Assembly: GCA_004431415.1 (NCBI GenBank)
Contig: QPMI01000583.1
Coordinates: 1 to 43,851, forward strand
DNA length: 43,851 nt
DNA from: Cyanophora paradoxa CCMP329
Lineage: Eukaryota > Plantae > Glaucophyta
Direction of reading: 5' to 3'
Below, piece by piece: positions 32,249 to 43,851 of the stretch (position 1 is the first letter of the stretch; every line of letters starts with the position of its first letter). Both the position numbers and the translations under genes were made by a program. Under the pieces are notes generated by a model. That model was not told where the DNA came from. It made no database searches and saw only the letters and a program-made list of their open reading frames with translations.

Positions 32249-32564
32249 TTATATTCCCAGAGAAAACGTTTTCTGCTGGCAGAGAACTTCTCCTTGGATA
32301 CTCCTGTTGCTCATATGTATACTCTGTGGGGTCTGCTGGCATTGACTCCACAGAAACTGTAGACCTCCTTCTCTCTCTTGCTTCTGAGGCATTATCCTCA
32401 TTATCTGACATCTCAAACTCCACTGTTGTCTCACAACATCCACTGTGGCAATTGCTCACCACATGCAGACTGAACATCTCGAAGAACTTTCGTATTATGT
32501 CCATATCTCTAATAAAACAGAGATAATTAAAGCCAAACTCGTCTTTTATATACTGTTGGGGCAA
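32232..32564 (-). CDS. Hypothetical protein (start uncertain)
   Basis: Co-oriented ORF in a tightly packed minus-strand cluster. Confidence 0.4.
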   Translation of the reverse strand: MPQQYIKDEFGFNYLCFIRDMDIIRKFFEMFSLHVVSNCHSGCCETTVEFEMSDNEDNASEARERRRSTVSVESMPADPTEYTYEQQEYPRRSSLPAENVFSGNINGGYY

Positions 32565-32823
32565 CTCCCTTTTCTACTTCAGCTTTGGTGGCACCAGGTT
32601 CAATGGATCCCTTTTGGGTTTTTGTTTTCATTTCATCTACTGCCTGCTCATCGATTTGGTTCTCTTTCTTAGCAATAAACTGTTTATCTGGGACACCAGT
32701 AATACCCATTTTATAAACTTCCTTTCGAAGCATCTCCTTTAGCTTGGCTCTCTCTTTCTTCTCAGTAACATACTGCTCCAAGGCACTTGATTTGGCTTCC
32801 AGATCTTTGAGTTTAGCAGTCAT
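32527..32823 (-). CDS. Hypothetical Lys/Glu-rich protein
   Basis: 98-aa ORF whose start overlaps the upstream stop (ATGA). Confidence 0.5.
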   Translation of the reverse strand: MTAKLKDLEAKSSALEQYVTEKKERAKLKEMLRKEVYKMGITGVPDKQFIAKKENQIDEQAVDEMKTKTQKGSIEPGATKAEVEKGVAPTVYKRRVWL

Positions 32824-33258
32824 CTCATCCCATTGAGCTTTGGGATTCGATGAACATTCTGAGTGGGAGCAGTCTTGTATGTGACTTCACCAGCCATAGA
32901 CTGAATAACCTTGTCTGATTCCTTACTTAGACCTTCACCTTTGCGAGCCAATGACAGATCTTGCAAGCCTAAACCTTTATCATCAGCAGCACCAATAATT
33001 CGCCTGGCACCCTCAGCAACAGACTTCATCTTTGAGGCTTCTGGTGAGATGTTGAGTTGGTCAGCAGTTGAACTTTGTGGGGCTTTGTCATCGACTGATT
33101 CCTCATAGGCAGCATTTAGGGGTCTTCTTGGGTTGTGAGGGTTTGATTTCGTTCATACCATTGAATTTCATTGGTTCAGTGTTAATAGATCCATTGTTTC
33201 CACCACCTGAATAGCCAACAGCCCCAGCTGGGATCCCTATCTTTCGTTTGGGAGGCAT
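32820..33258 (-). CDS. Hypothetical protein, possible core protein (frameshifted)
   Basis: Starts MPPKRKIGIPAGAVGYSGGG at 33258 after TAATAAAG; continues into ORF 32820-33029. Confidence 0.45.
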
Positions 33259-33371
33259 TGTATCTTTATTAGAATGAGAGATAATTTTATAAACCGCGTT
33301 TATATCGCATCAATTTATTGCTATGGACTTGGCTTTTCACTTCTTTGGGGCTTCCTCTTTCTCTGGTGGTT

Positions 33372-34066
33372 TCAGTTCATCTTCTTTCTTTTTGGCTTTC
33401 TGTGGAAGCGAGGAAATGGGAAGTCTTTGACAAGCTCAGCTTTATCTACAAAGTATTTAACTGAGTAGCCAGCAGAGGACCAAACGATATACTGATAGGA
33501 GTGAACATACTCTTCAAACATCTTGTAGAAATCCTCTTTATTTCGCATTATATTGTATTCTTCCTCTATGGCTTCAAGTTCTTTGCGATTAGCAGCACTT
33601 AGGAAAACAGCATAATCAGAATTAACTCGAATAGTGGAAGAGACTTTTCTGAGTTTCTGTGTAATGCAGATAATGGATATTTTCGAATGGCGACCTCTGG
33701 AATACAAGGATCCGATTATTTTATCCTTGTGAGATCGACTATCTCATTATCAATTAAATCATCTAAAACAACACACATGTGGTTCACAGGTTCACCTTTT
33801 TCGATTTTCTCCTGCCTTTCATCCAAAAGCTTTGAAATGTAACCAGCATCCCATTTACCAAGTTCTACTGTTGCAACCTCTCTCCAGAAATGATTAAAGC
33901 TGGTCCCACTCACAACTAGGACAACATCAATAACTTTGGCATCATGTAATTGCTTTAACCAATACTTTACACATTCGCTTTTTCCCGTACAACTTTTGCC
34001 TATAAAAATGGCTCTGAAAACACCTTTTATCATTTCAGAAACATTAAACTCTTCTAAATCTTGCAT
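33372..34066 (-). CDS. A32/FtsK-like genome packaging ATPase (frameshift near 33715)
   Basis: Walker A GKSCTGKS, Walker B VVLDD, SRGRHSKISIICITQ, IRVNSDY. Confidence 0.92.
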
Positions 34067-34125
34067 TGTTGTAGATCTTCCTAAATAAAGACAGATAAAA
34101 ATAATGCAGGGAGACTGAATATGGT

Positions 34126-35491
34126 CTATAAATTGATTCTACGAACACCTGAACCGTCTATAATGAGGAAACTATGCATTAAAGCGCGAACTTGAACATT
34201 GATTGTCTTATCTGTGGGCATGTAGAGTGTGAGGAATGAAGATGAGGAATTTGTCAGGTCAACAAATCCACTTTGAGCAATATTTCGAATCGCCTTCTCT
34301 CCATCAATGCAGAAACTTAAACCTGAAAGGACATATTTATCTGCAACCTTATCCATGTTAGAGCATTTGAATGCATCAGCAATTAGCTCAGCACCTTTGA
34401 GTAGGGAAATTGGCTCAGTGGCATAAAGTCGTTGTCCATTAATTTCAACAGTGAAAGTAATATCTTTGGAGTTGGCATAGGTCTTAAGAACACTGTGGGA
34501 GCCATTGGATTTGTCAACAGTCTCATAATCACGAACTGAAACAAGCAGAGCATAGACAAGACCTGAGATTTGAGAGAGGTTAATTCGATTGGGCTGGGCA
34601 TTGCCCTTGGCAGGGAAAGCAATGGCATCTACAAATCCAATATCAAGGGAGGGAATAGCCATGCCAGTAGTCTTTACTTTTTCAATTACAGTAGCGAAAA
34701 GCTCATCAGAAACATTAATAGCATGCATGTAAAGGCGAGGAGAAGTAATTGAAATAGCAGGGTTGTTGCACCAAGACTGAAAGTGGTGATGTTTTGACCA
34801 ACATGGGCAAGTGTAGCATTAGCAGTATCACCAAGACCATCATCTTCTGTCTTATCAGCAGCTGTCCCACCAACAACAGGGAGAGAGCGACCACCATAGG
34901 AAGTTTCAACATAACCCTTTCCAGCATCCTTAAACCAAACAGTAACAACCATTTCACCAGATAAAGCACCAAGGGGAAGGTAGTGATTTAGCCAAGGCAC
35001 TGGGATTTCAACGAAAAATGAGCCACCAAGTCGGTTGGTTCCATGAGCAGGGATTCCATGAACCATGCCATTGAGCGTTTCTTTTTAGCTAGTTGATCCT
35101 CCGAATAATAGACCAGGGGGAAATGAGCAAGGAAATCAGAAGGAATGTGGTAGGTGTAAGATCCATAGGTAATTTCAAGTCGCTGAACTAAAGCACCAAC
35201 TGGGCGAGTGTATCCATTGCGAACTAGATCTTCACCAGCAAAAGTGATTTCTGGTAGGTCGAAAGCAAGTTCGAGTTTTCCACAGAAATTGTAGCGAGGT
35301 AGCTTGAAGGAAATGCGATTTCCAACATTATTCTCAAAAGTATTGCTGGGATTCACAACAACTAGAACTGGCTTAGACTTGGATTCGAGTCCAAGCATAA
35401 GGGAGTTATCCAGGAAAAAGGCTTTCGCCTCTTCTGGGGTTGTTAGGGCTTCTTTCAGCGAAAGTCTTTGAAGAGTGGAAGTGATATCCAT
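34126..35491 (-). CDS. Major capsid protein, double jelly-roll (frameshifted)
   Basis: ORFs 34988-35518, 34686-35066 and 34126-34728 join into the homolog of 119-1472. Confidence 0.78.
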
Positions 35492-35543
35492 GATTATCTC
35501 TTTTATATACTGCAACATAAAAAATCTACCAATGATCCTTAAT

Positions 35544-36574
35544 TTATGCGAAGCTTGTAATTACTGGATAGGAAGGGTGAAGCTGTGACATTCGCATCTT
35601 AAAGTATTCATAAACTGGGTCTCCTGCTGGCTCATCACCATAGCGAATTTCAAAGGTCAGATGAACAGGTTGACCCTCAAAATCAATTGGTTCATTAATA
35701 GCATTTACAATATCAACCGAGAAAGTGGATAATCCAACCTTCTTATTATAGTATTTGTAAAGTGGATGAGCCTCTGTCGAATTGTAAACTACATGCTCAC
35801 CATAATCTTTGTCAGGGACCACTATTTTATGGAAGTAACCAGTCAGAAGACCATCCCCACATTGCACCAGATCACCCAGCTCCTTTACTCTCACAAACAA
35901 AACACTGTCCCTGGTCTTCTCAGGCTCAAAAGAAGATATAATGCCATTCACTCGACCACCAGTAAAGATTCCATCAGTGAGAGCATCATAGACCTGTGAT
36001 TGGATTGGGGAGTTACCATATCTTCCAGGATCAAGACCCAGCAGTCTAGCTGAACTCAACAGCTTTTGGATTGTTTGTTGGCTTGGGTTCACAGCTACTG
36101 AGAAAGCCAAGTAAAATGGTACTGCTGAGTGGAATATAATTCGTTTCAGTGATTCATCCCATTTGCAGCGAATGGATGGTTGGGGATTTCTGCCTTCGAA
36201 TTTAGAGTTAATTACATTCACCAGTTGTTGGTGGCTTTGGATGGGGTGTTTCGACTTATAATGAATTGTTTCCATTGTTCATAGTCAGCAGCTGGGCGAA
36301 CTGTTGGAATTCCTGAGCTTCCAGCTCCAGGAGTTTGTTCAGAATAATAAATGCTAAATGCATTGTCAACTGTCACATCTCCAACTTTGGTTTCACCACT
36401 CACCATAGGGATGCTGTTATAAAATTCGGCTGATACCAGTCTCACAGCCCTCACATTCTCATAAGAACTTGGGAGTCTAGCCACAAAGCTTGATGTGGGA
36501 CCATCACCAGAGATTGTATTAAATGAGCTAACCTCGATGTAATCCACAGGCATTCTTCTTTTATCTATATTCAT
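35544..36574 (-). CDS. Minor capsid (penton)-like protein 1 (one frameshift)
   Basis: Near-identical to 1525-2553. Confidence 0.72.
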
Positions 36575-36582
36575 ATATTAAA

Positions 36583-37514
36583 ATGAACCGGCTTGTTAAT
36601 ATTGATAGCAGGGATAGAAGCCAAGGGGAATCTGAAAACTCTTACAGGGTCACCCTCACAACTCCAGTAGAGAGACCAAGAGAATGCAGGGTTCTATATG
36701 CAGAGATTCCAAACAGTATCTATAACAGTGTGGGGACTGATCATTTAACAGTTCAGTTTAACTACCAAGATGGTTCATACAATGAAATCATCACACAGAA
36801 AGTGTATCCCCTTCCCAGTGGCTACATTAACCAGGGTCATTTTGGGGTCACACATCCCTATAATTATGGGCTGAACTATTCAAGCTTCAAAACCATTGCA
36901 GATAAAACTGTGTTTTTTGAGTTCAAGATATTCTACAATCCAACTACCTATAAAGTGGAGTTTTACAGTAACCATGAGTTCCGTTTTATTGCAAGCAACA
37001 AGCGAATAGGGAAGCTTTTGGGTGTGAGTTCTACTGAATACACCACTGGGTATTATAGCACTCCTCCTGTTGGTGGATCTCCATATCGACCTGAGAACCT
37101 TTTAAAGTATGATGGCAAACCTATTACACCTGATCACCCAGCATGGGGAATCACCTTCTCAGGACCCAGACTCTCCTCAAAGCCCTTGCAGTATTATTTC
37201 ACCAGTAATAAGATGTCTGATATGAATGCTGAGCAATATCTGTACATGCATATTAAAGAGCTGGTCCCCTTTGCCAGCAGACACAATATAATTCCGAAAT
37301 CGCAACCACAAAACCAGGGAGCTATCCTAAGATTGCAATTGAGTAAAGATATAGGTGGCTATGTTTACCATAGTGGTGAGCATGCAGAATTTATTCAAAT
37401 CAATGACAGAAACCTGGTGATAAGGAACTCACAGTTGAGTTTAAAGATTACTTTGGTGAACTGATTGATATGAATGGAATCGACAATTCGTTTCAGTTGG
37501 AGTTTATCGAATAA
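36583..37514 (+). CDS. Minor capsid (penton)-like protein 2 (frameshift near 37422)
   Basis: NIDSRDR...EIPNS at the N-terminus; C-terminal LIDMNGIDNSFQLEFIE in a shifted frame. Confidence 0.78.
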
Positions 37515-39054
37515 AGGCACCTGTGAAATCAACTCTCATTGTGGGAGCATTCACATACACAAGGGGATAAATGCGAATATATTTGATTCTGAGAGAGAAA
37601 CCTATGTAAAAAGCATCCTTGATGCTGAGAGGAAATCCACTCAATAGAGCCACATCACCAGAGTTGTGAGCATTGTTAATGTTCTCACAGACATATATTT
37701 TGTTTTGCCCATCTGATCGAATAAAAGACCAGTTGATCCCATCAGTGGATGTTGCCACATTGAAAGTCTTAATAAAAGCATTTGTTTCCCCTGATCCATA
37801 GCAATCACAGATGAGAGTTCAAAAGTATATGGAAAAGCAACTTGAAGGTATTCAGTGGGAGTTTCCCATATTTGTTCAGGAGCATAGGCTCCAGCTTCCC
37901 AGCCAAATGCTGAAGGTCTTGCCATGAAAGGCTCTTTACCTGTCACAGAGGATGAGGCAGTAAAGGCATCATCTGCAAGCTGATACCAATTAGCATCTAA
38001 AGGAGGTGACTCTGTGAGAGTGGATGAGATGTAAGCCTTTGTAGGGTTCTTTAGTTCATAGTTGCTACTAGAAGACTGCAAAGCTTATTAATCATATCAT
38101 TGTTTGCTGCTATGTATGTTTCAGTGAATGCTAGCATATCTGGGATCTTAGATGTGTCATCCAGAGAGCTTACAATGTGATTTGGAAGAGGGACTGATAG
38201 CCTATAGTATCTTCCATAATCCTGATCATAGTTGTAGGTAACAACTCCTCCATCTTATCAAGGCAGAAAGCTCACTTGCAGCCATGAGCATGTTAATCAA
38301 TGGGCTTCCATCTGTTGAGGCAATCCATGAGAGAATTCCCCAGCTGTTCACAGTCTCATAAGCATAACCCACATAATCAGACTCTAAATGTGGGTCCACC
38401 TCACCACAAGAGATGCTTATTACTATAATATCATCATCATCACTGTAAATCTTCTTTGCATGGCTGTAACCACACACACTGGGATTATTGTTTCCCGAAA
38501 TGGCACCATCAATGAGACAGACAAATACCCCTGATTGAAATCAACAATGCTTACAGGAGAGAAATATGTAGGAGCAGCAGAAGTAGCCCTAGCAGCAATC
38601 TTACAAGGCAGAAAGCTGTAATTGTTATCATTTGTGATAAATATTGGTTTCATATTCTGAGTATCAAAGGATGTAATCACAATGTCCTTTAAGGAATCCT
38701 GTATTAGTGATTCACCAGTAACTGAATTGATTGCAGTCTCCAAGGGTCCCACATCATATTTTGTATTAAAAAGGGCATTTTCGATGATATTTCGAGGATT
38801 TGCGAAAATCAAGGGCAGTTGAGTTAGGTAAATATTGTGTAAATCGTTTGCTGTCAGTTTAGGTTCACCTGGTTTATCAGGATGCCTTATATTCAAACCT
38901 ATTGCAATGATCCCACCAGTGGAAGTTCCACTCACAAATCCACAAGATCGATTATTCTCCTGCCAGTTCGATTTTCGATTTCTTTGAGCAGCCTGGTTAT
39001 GATAATGCCCCTTGCACCTCCCCCTGACAAACTGAGAACTACTTTGAGAGGCAT
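37504..39054 (-). CDS. Patatin-discoidin fusion protein (frameshifted)
   Basis: Near-identical to 3473-5024; GTSTGG and AARATSAAPTYF visible. Confidence 0.85.
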
Positions 39055-39097
39055 CTTTTACTTATCAGGAATTTTATAAATCCATATAGTAAAAGCC

Positions 39098-42000
39098 ATG
39101 AGCTCAATTACCCACCCAATCTAGAAACCATTCAAGATGATAATGCAAGCAGCACCAAGCATGTGAACTTTGATAATATTAAAGTAAAGGGTTCAGTTTC
39201 GATTGACCACAGTTCCGATAATTCATCCAAGACTCAATCAAGGGAGCATGCTTTATCTGTGAATCAAACCGATCCAGATAAGGAGGAAGTCAGTGTAGCT
39301 TTTAGCTTGGGTAATGTGAAAGCAAACCAAGTGGCAGAGATCAAAGCAACAAGAAGGAGACCTAGGAAACTAAAAACCAGTGGCACTCATCCAGATATAC
39401 CTTCCAGGTTTGATAGTGGTCGTTGGTTTTCAATGTTCAAGATGAGCAGGGCAAACAGAACACAGCTTTGCGAATTTACAATGAGGGCAGCACTGCAAAA
39501 GCTGAGGTCCCCCAAGTATTGCAAGTGGGTCCCATTGCCAATACAATCAGTCTCCTACACAAATGATGTCTACCCCAAGGATATTACATATGACTTTGCA
39601 AGGAATGAGCCTTTGGGTTCTTTACTCCAAAAGATGTCCATCAAAAAAAGCCATCAATTACAATCAACAGTAGCCCAGTCAGCCAGTAGCAATCCATTTA
39701 CATCCTGATCTTGTTGAAATGATAGGCACCTTTTGCCTTTGTATAAGCAATGTGAAAGACTTGGAATTCGAACAGGCAATGGCGAAATATCCATGGCAGT
39801 AATGTGTATGCAAATGGTGAGAAGCTTGTAAGTGAGAAGACCATAAGAGAGATCTTTGAGTATTATGGACCTGTCCCAGTTCCCTTCCCTCTCCATGGGA
39901 TCCACCGATTTAACACCGAAAAAGCAACCAGGCAGAGAGTACACAGCAGATGAGACAGTTGCTTTTGGGCAGCATATTGTGAGTTGGAGCAATTCGCATA
40001 AACTATAATTGAACCAAGAAAGCAATAGATGAGCAGTATTTACCTCCTGAAGTCGATATATTAGAGCTTGATGAATATCAATTGTCCAGATGAGGAAGAG
40101 TATTTACCAGATGGTTTTGACCCACAAGAATATGAATATGATCAATTTGACCCCAATGAGAGGAGATACTACCAGATGCTTAGATCCACAAGAGTTGAGT
40201 ATGAGCAGAACTATGAACCTGATGAGGAGTATTTGCCAGATGGTCTTGATCCACCAGCTTGACTATGAGCAACCTTATGAACCCATGAGGAATTGTTACC
40301 AGATGGATTTCGACCTGAGATCTGGGAGTTCTTTCCTGATTATGAACAAATTAATAATAAACCTGCAAAGTATCCCCAGAGGATCACAATCATGATTGGA
40401 TGAGATCTTGGCAAACTCAAAAGTATCCACCAGAGGATCACAGGCATGATTGGGGAGAATGGATGGGTTCCAACTGAGTTCCCACCAAGCAAACATGAAC
40501 ATACTTGGGATGAGATCAATGACCAACCAGAATCGCAAAAGTAGAGCCTCTTGCTACTCTGGAGTTTCTCTTTACCAGACTTGCATGTCCCTGAAGGATC
40601 TTTTTGAATCACCCTATGTTCATGTGGAAGGGACACTTGCAAATTCAGCTATGATAGGACCATTGCATATTAGAACATTACCAGGCTCTTATAATCCACC
40701 ACCAGAACCAGGAGCAACCATACCAAATATCTTTGTGTCAAGCTACATGGAGGCTGACATTCCACTGATACATTCAGAGTCCCAACAGACCCAGCAACCT
40801 ACCAAATTACAACTCTGCTATACAGGTTCATGTAGCAGATGTAAGCAGCTTAGATGCTCAAGACCAATGATAGTATTCAGCAGAGATAAATATTCCTACA
40901 TTCCATAGTGGGAACTGCAAATGATAATTATGGAAGGGCAGAACTTGCATGGATAAAAACGAATTATGGTGGGGTTCTGGAAGCTAATCAGAGGATGGCT
41001 GCAAAAAATATTCACAATGAGACTATTTCGAGAGTGGTCACAGAGGATTATTTAGAAGAGCAAGGATATATTGATGAAGGTGAATTAACAAACATTCTTT
41101 CTCTTTTTGTGATCAAAAATGACACAAACCTTACAGTCACAAGTAACATTTTCACCAGTAACCTTTATACAAGTAACATTTACACCAGTAATCTATGGGC
41201 AAGCAATATTTACGGAGTAATCTAGAAGTCGACTATTGACTGTGAATATTGCAGCAAATCTACCAAATCTCCTACATCCAATGTAGTTTTAGGTGGATCG
41301 ACAACCACACCCACACAAAAAGATGAAATAACAGATTTTGCACATGAGCATTTATGGGAGCATATAACAAATCCACCATTAACCTTCCCACCCAGTCCCA
41401 TGAGCATTTATGGGAACATATCACGAATCCACCATTAACCTTTCCACCTGATCCACACAGTCATGATTATTCCCAGATCACCAACTGCAATCACAGACAC
41501 CCTTGGAGTGAAATCGATCAACAACCAGTGTTTGCACAGTTGAATGCAATCGGAAATGTTTTTAATGGAGTCACACTTTACCAATCGAGTAATACACCTG
41601 AAAGATTGTATTTGAATAATCATTATGTTAGTCTCAATGGGACTTTTACAGGTCAAACAGGCACTCCAATGGAGGGAACTCTTGCAGTAAGATTACCCAG
41701 GGATCCAATCGTAAATGGAGTTTATGATGGTGATTTTAATGTAGGAGTAAATGATACTTTCCCCAGTATCTATGTTACGAATTATCACCCAGGTGAAACA
41801 GGACAAGTAGCCGATTTTTCAGCAGCTATTCAAATAAACGTTACAGATCAAAGCGCATATGATGGAGCAAGACCTAAAATTGTGTTCACAAGGGAGAAAG
41901 TTGTAAACTACCTTCCTGTTGTGGACAACCCACAGATGATCATGGGAAATGTGAGATTGCATGGATTAAAACGACATCAGGTGGAGCCTTAGAAGTCAAT

Positions 42001-43851
42001 CAGAGGATGGCAGCAAAGAACTTACACAATACAACCCTTTCAGGAGTAGTGACAGATGATTACCTTACCAATAAAGGATACTTACTCTGCAGATTTAAGC
42101 AGTTATGCAACAGACAGAGTTAACAACAGCTCTTGCAAACTATTTGCCTCTTACAGGTGGGACTGTCACCGGAACTGTGAATGCTACCACTTTACAAATT
42201 GGCGGTCACAATACCGAAAGGTTTCGAATTCGATCAATTAGATACTGTTTCGACAGATCGTAGCGCAAATAATTGGACTGTCAATTGGACAGGACATAGA
42301 ACGGGACTAACCGGATGTTATAACGACACCTGAGAATGATGCAGATGTTACGGGTTGTTGGATGCGTTGGACAGTTCCAGAAGGTATGAAATCGTTTTAA
42401 TTCAACTTTTACTGTGGCATAATTGTCGATATTTCGATATTTACGGGCAAACTGTAAATGGACATCAACATTTCCTAAGACGAATAAATAACTATCAAGG
42501 ACTTCAGGAAGTTGCAGTCAAGATGGAACATACCCAGCTATAATATTTACTTCAGTAAACTGCGAATTTTACAGTAAAAATATATGTTCAAGGGCGAAAA
42601 GGTCGCATTTATCTTACAGGTGTCTTTGGTTGGAGTCGACAAAGAGCAACTGATAAATGATGCAGGATTATTGCATTACGATAATATTGCTTTCAATCCT
42701 GTTGGCAAATATTCCGAGTTTTGATGTTGTAAGTGGTTTGGAATAGCACAGGTGTAGCATTCCCAGCTGGGGCTTGGACAAACAGCATGGAAACCACAAC
42801 AGATAACCCAGTAGAGGGTTTTTATTGCAACCAGACAGATGATGAAAGTGGCAGTGGCTACATGCAGTGTGTTGTTCCAGCAGGAATGAAAACCTGTCAC
42901 ATACAATACTTATGTTGGACGAATTCAAGATATTTTGATATTTATGGATACCGCAATGGTCGTTGGAATTATATTATGAGAGTGAATACGTATCAAATGT
43001 TCAAAACACAGCCGACACAATTGGCATTCGAGTTTATTATGGACTTCCGTATTTTGTGGGAATTTCTCTCAATTGGAATTTTTGCAAAGAAAGGAAATTC
43101 ACATTGGAATGCTTGGATGGACAAAAGAAGTAGGAAGAACAGCACGCGCGAATGGTTTGATTAGTTGGGATAATATTTACAGTCGTCCCGCTTTATTTAC
43201 AGCCGCAGACCTCCACAAACAGCAACATGGGCTGTCTCCACTGGTTAAAATACAGGATAATGTCCCACGATTTTGTTTTGGAAATGTGGAATACATACAT
43301 TCGAGGTATTGAGCATAGTGATGGTGTATCGGTCGAATTCAGAAACTCAGCAGCATGGTTATTAAAATCGTATTCAAATGGTAACCTTGCAGTTAATAAT
43401 ACTGTGTCAGCTCCGACTCTAAGTGGAACAATTATTAATGGGGGTTCAATAAATGCAACTACAAACTATAAATTTGTGACAAAACAATGCCTCGATGTGT
43501 AGAGTATGACGCAACTGTTGCAGGAAATTCGCCACATGGTTATGCAGGAGGTTGGGGTTTTGAAGGTGGAACAGCATGGGAACCCTACTATAATTACGGT
43601 GGGTATGCTTACAATAATGAGAGTGGCGACACTGTTGTTAACGGCTCATGGGTTGATTAACACAATACCCACTGATTTATATACAGGAACAGCCCACTTA
43701 ACATATCTCCCTGGGTAAATTGTCGTTACTTTGAGATTTGGGGATTAATAGACAAGGAAATGCGGTTTTCATTGCAAGAGTGAATAGTTATCATCAATAT
43801 GAAAGCGCACCAGATGGAAACCACAATGGTTTACAAAATGTCCCTATTATG
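39098..43851 (+). CDS. Long fibre-like protein, copy 2 (heavily frameshifted, incomplete; divergent distal half)
   Basis: Colinear with about 5068-7045 up to about 41050, patchy to about 42060, then unrelated with three WxNxRYF(D/E)I(Y/W)G domains. May span more than one gene. Confidence 0.6.

Larger units (their letters stand above)
21231..43851. mobile_element. Endogenous Polinton/Maverick-like virus, copy 2 (left part; right end outside window)
   Basis: Starts with the TIR ACACATAGTA...; encodes rve integrase, pPolB, primase-helicase, ATPase, MCP and pentons. Confidence 0.95.

Noticed and set aside
39098-43851. Pseudogenisation of the structural genes
   Set aside because: Lesions are mostly single-base indels, differ between copies and increase toward the window ends, while the integrase and pPolB are intact. 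Long-read error is more likely, though true decay cannot be excluded.

Overview
The window holds two related, co-oriented endogenous Polinton/Maverick-like DNA virus insertions (AT-rich) separated by about 5.75 kb of GC-rich eukaryotic host DNA (15479-21230). Copy 1 (1-15478) shows the right part of the element: the start of the packaging ATPase, a double-jelly-roll major capsid protein, two head-to-head penton-like genes, a patatin-discoidin fusion, a long phage-tail-repeat fibre, four paralogous short fibre-like genes (two with C1q heads), a DUF723-like Zn-finger, an AdoMet decarboxylase and the right terminal inverted repeat (TIR). Copy 2 (21231-end) shows the left part: left TIR, rve/DDE integrase, protein-primed PolB, TVpol-SF3 primase-helicase, small AT-hook proteins, ATPase, then the same structural block with a different distal fibre. 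Joining the two gives a composite element of about 28 kb. The host interval appears to contain an intron-rich minus-strand gene (copy 1 sits in one of its introns) and a probable LTR with polypurine tract. The most unusual signals are: (1) modular iteron-like origin cassettes in the TIRs whose repeat sequence changes in concert between copies, one of which matches the repeats flanking the helicase gene; (2) a nested 28-bp inverted copy of each terminus; (3) a PolB with an apparently dead proofreading domain beside a second replicase; (4) CpG surviving almost only as TCG/CGA in the conserved viral genes. Many frameshifts are probably long-read errors. All family assignments come from motif recognition by eye, not database searches.
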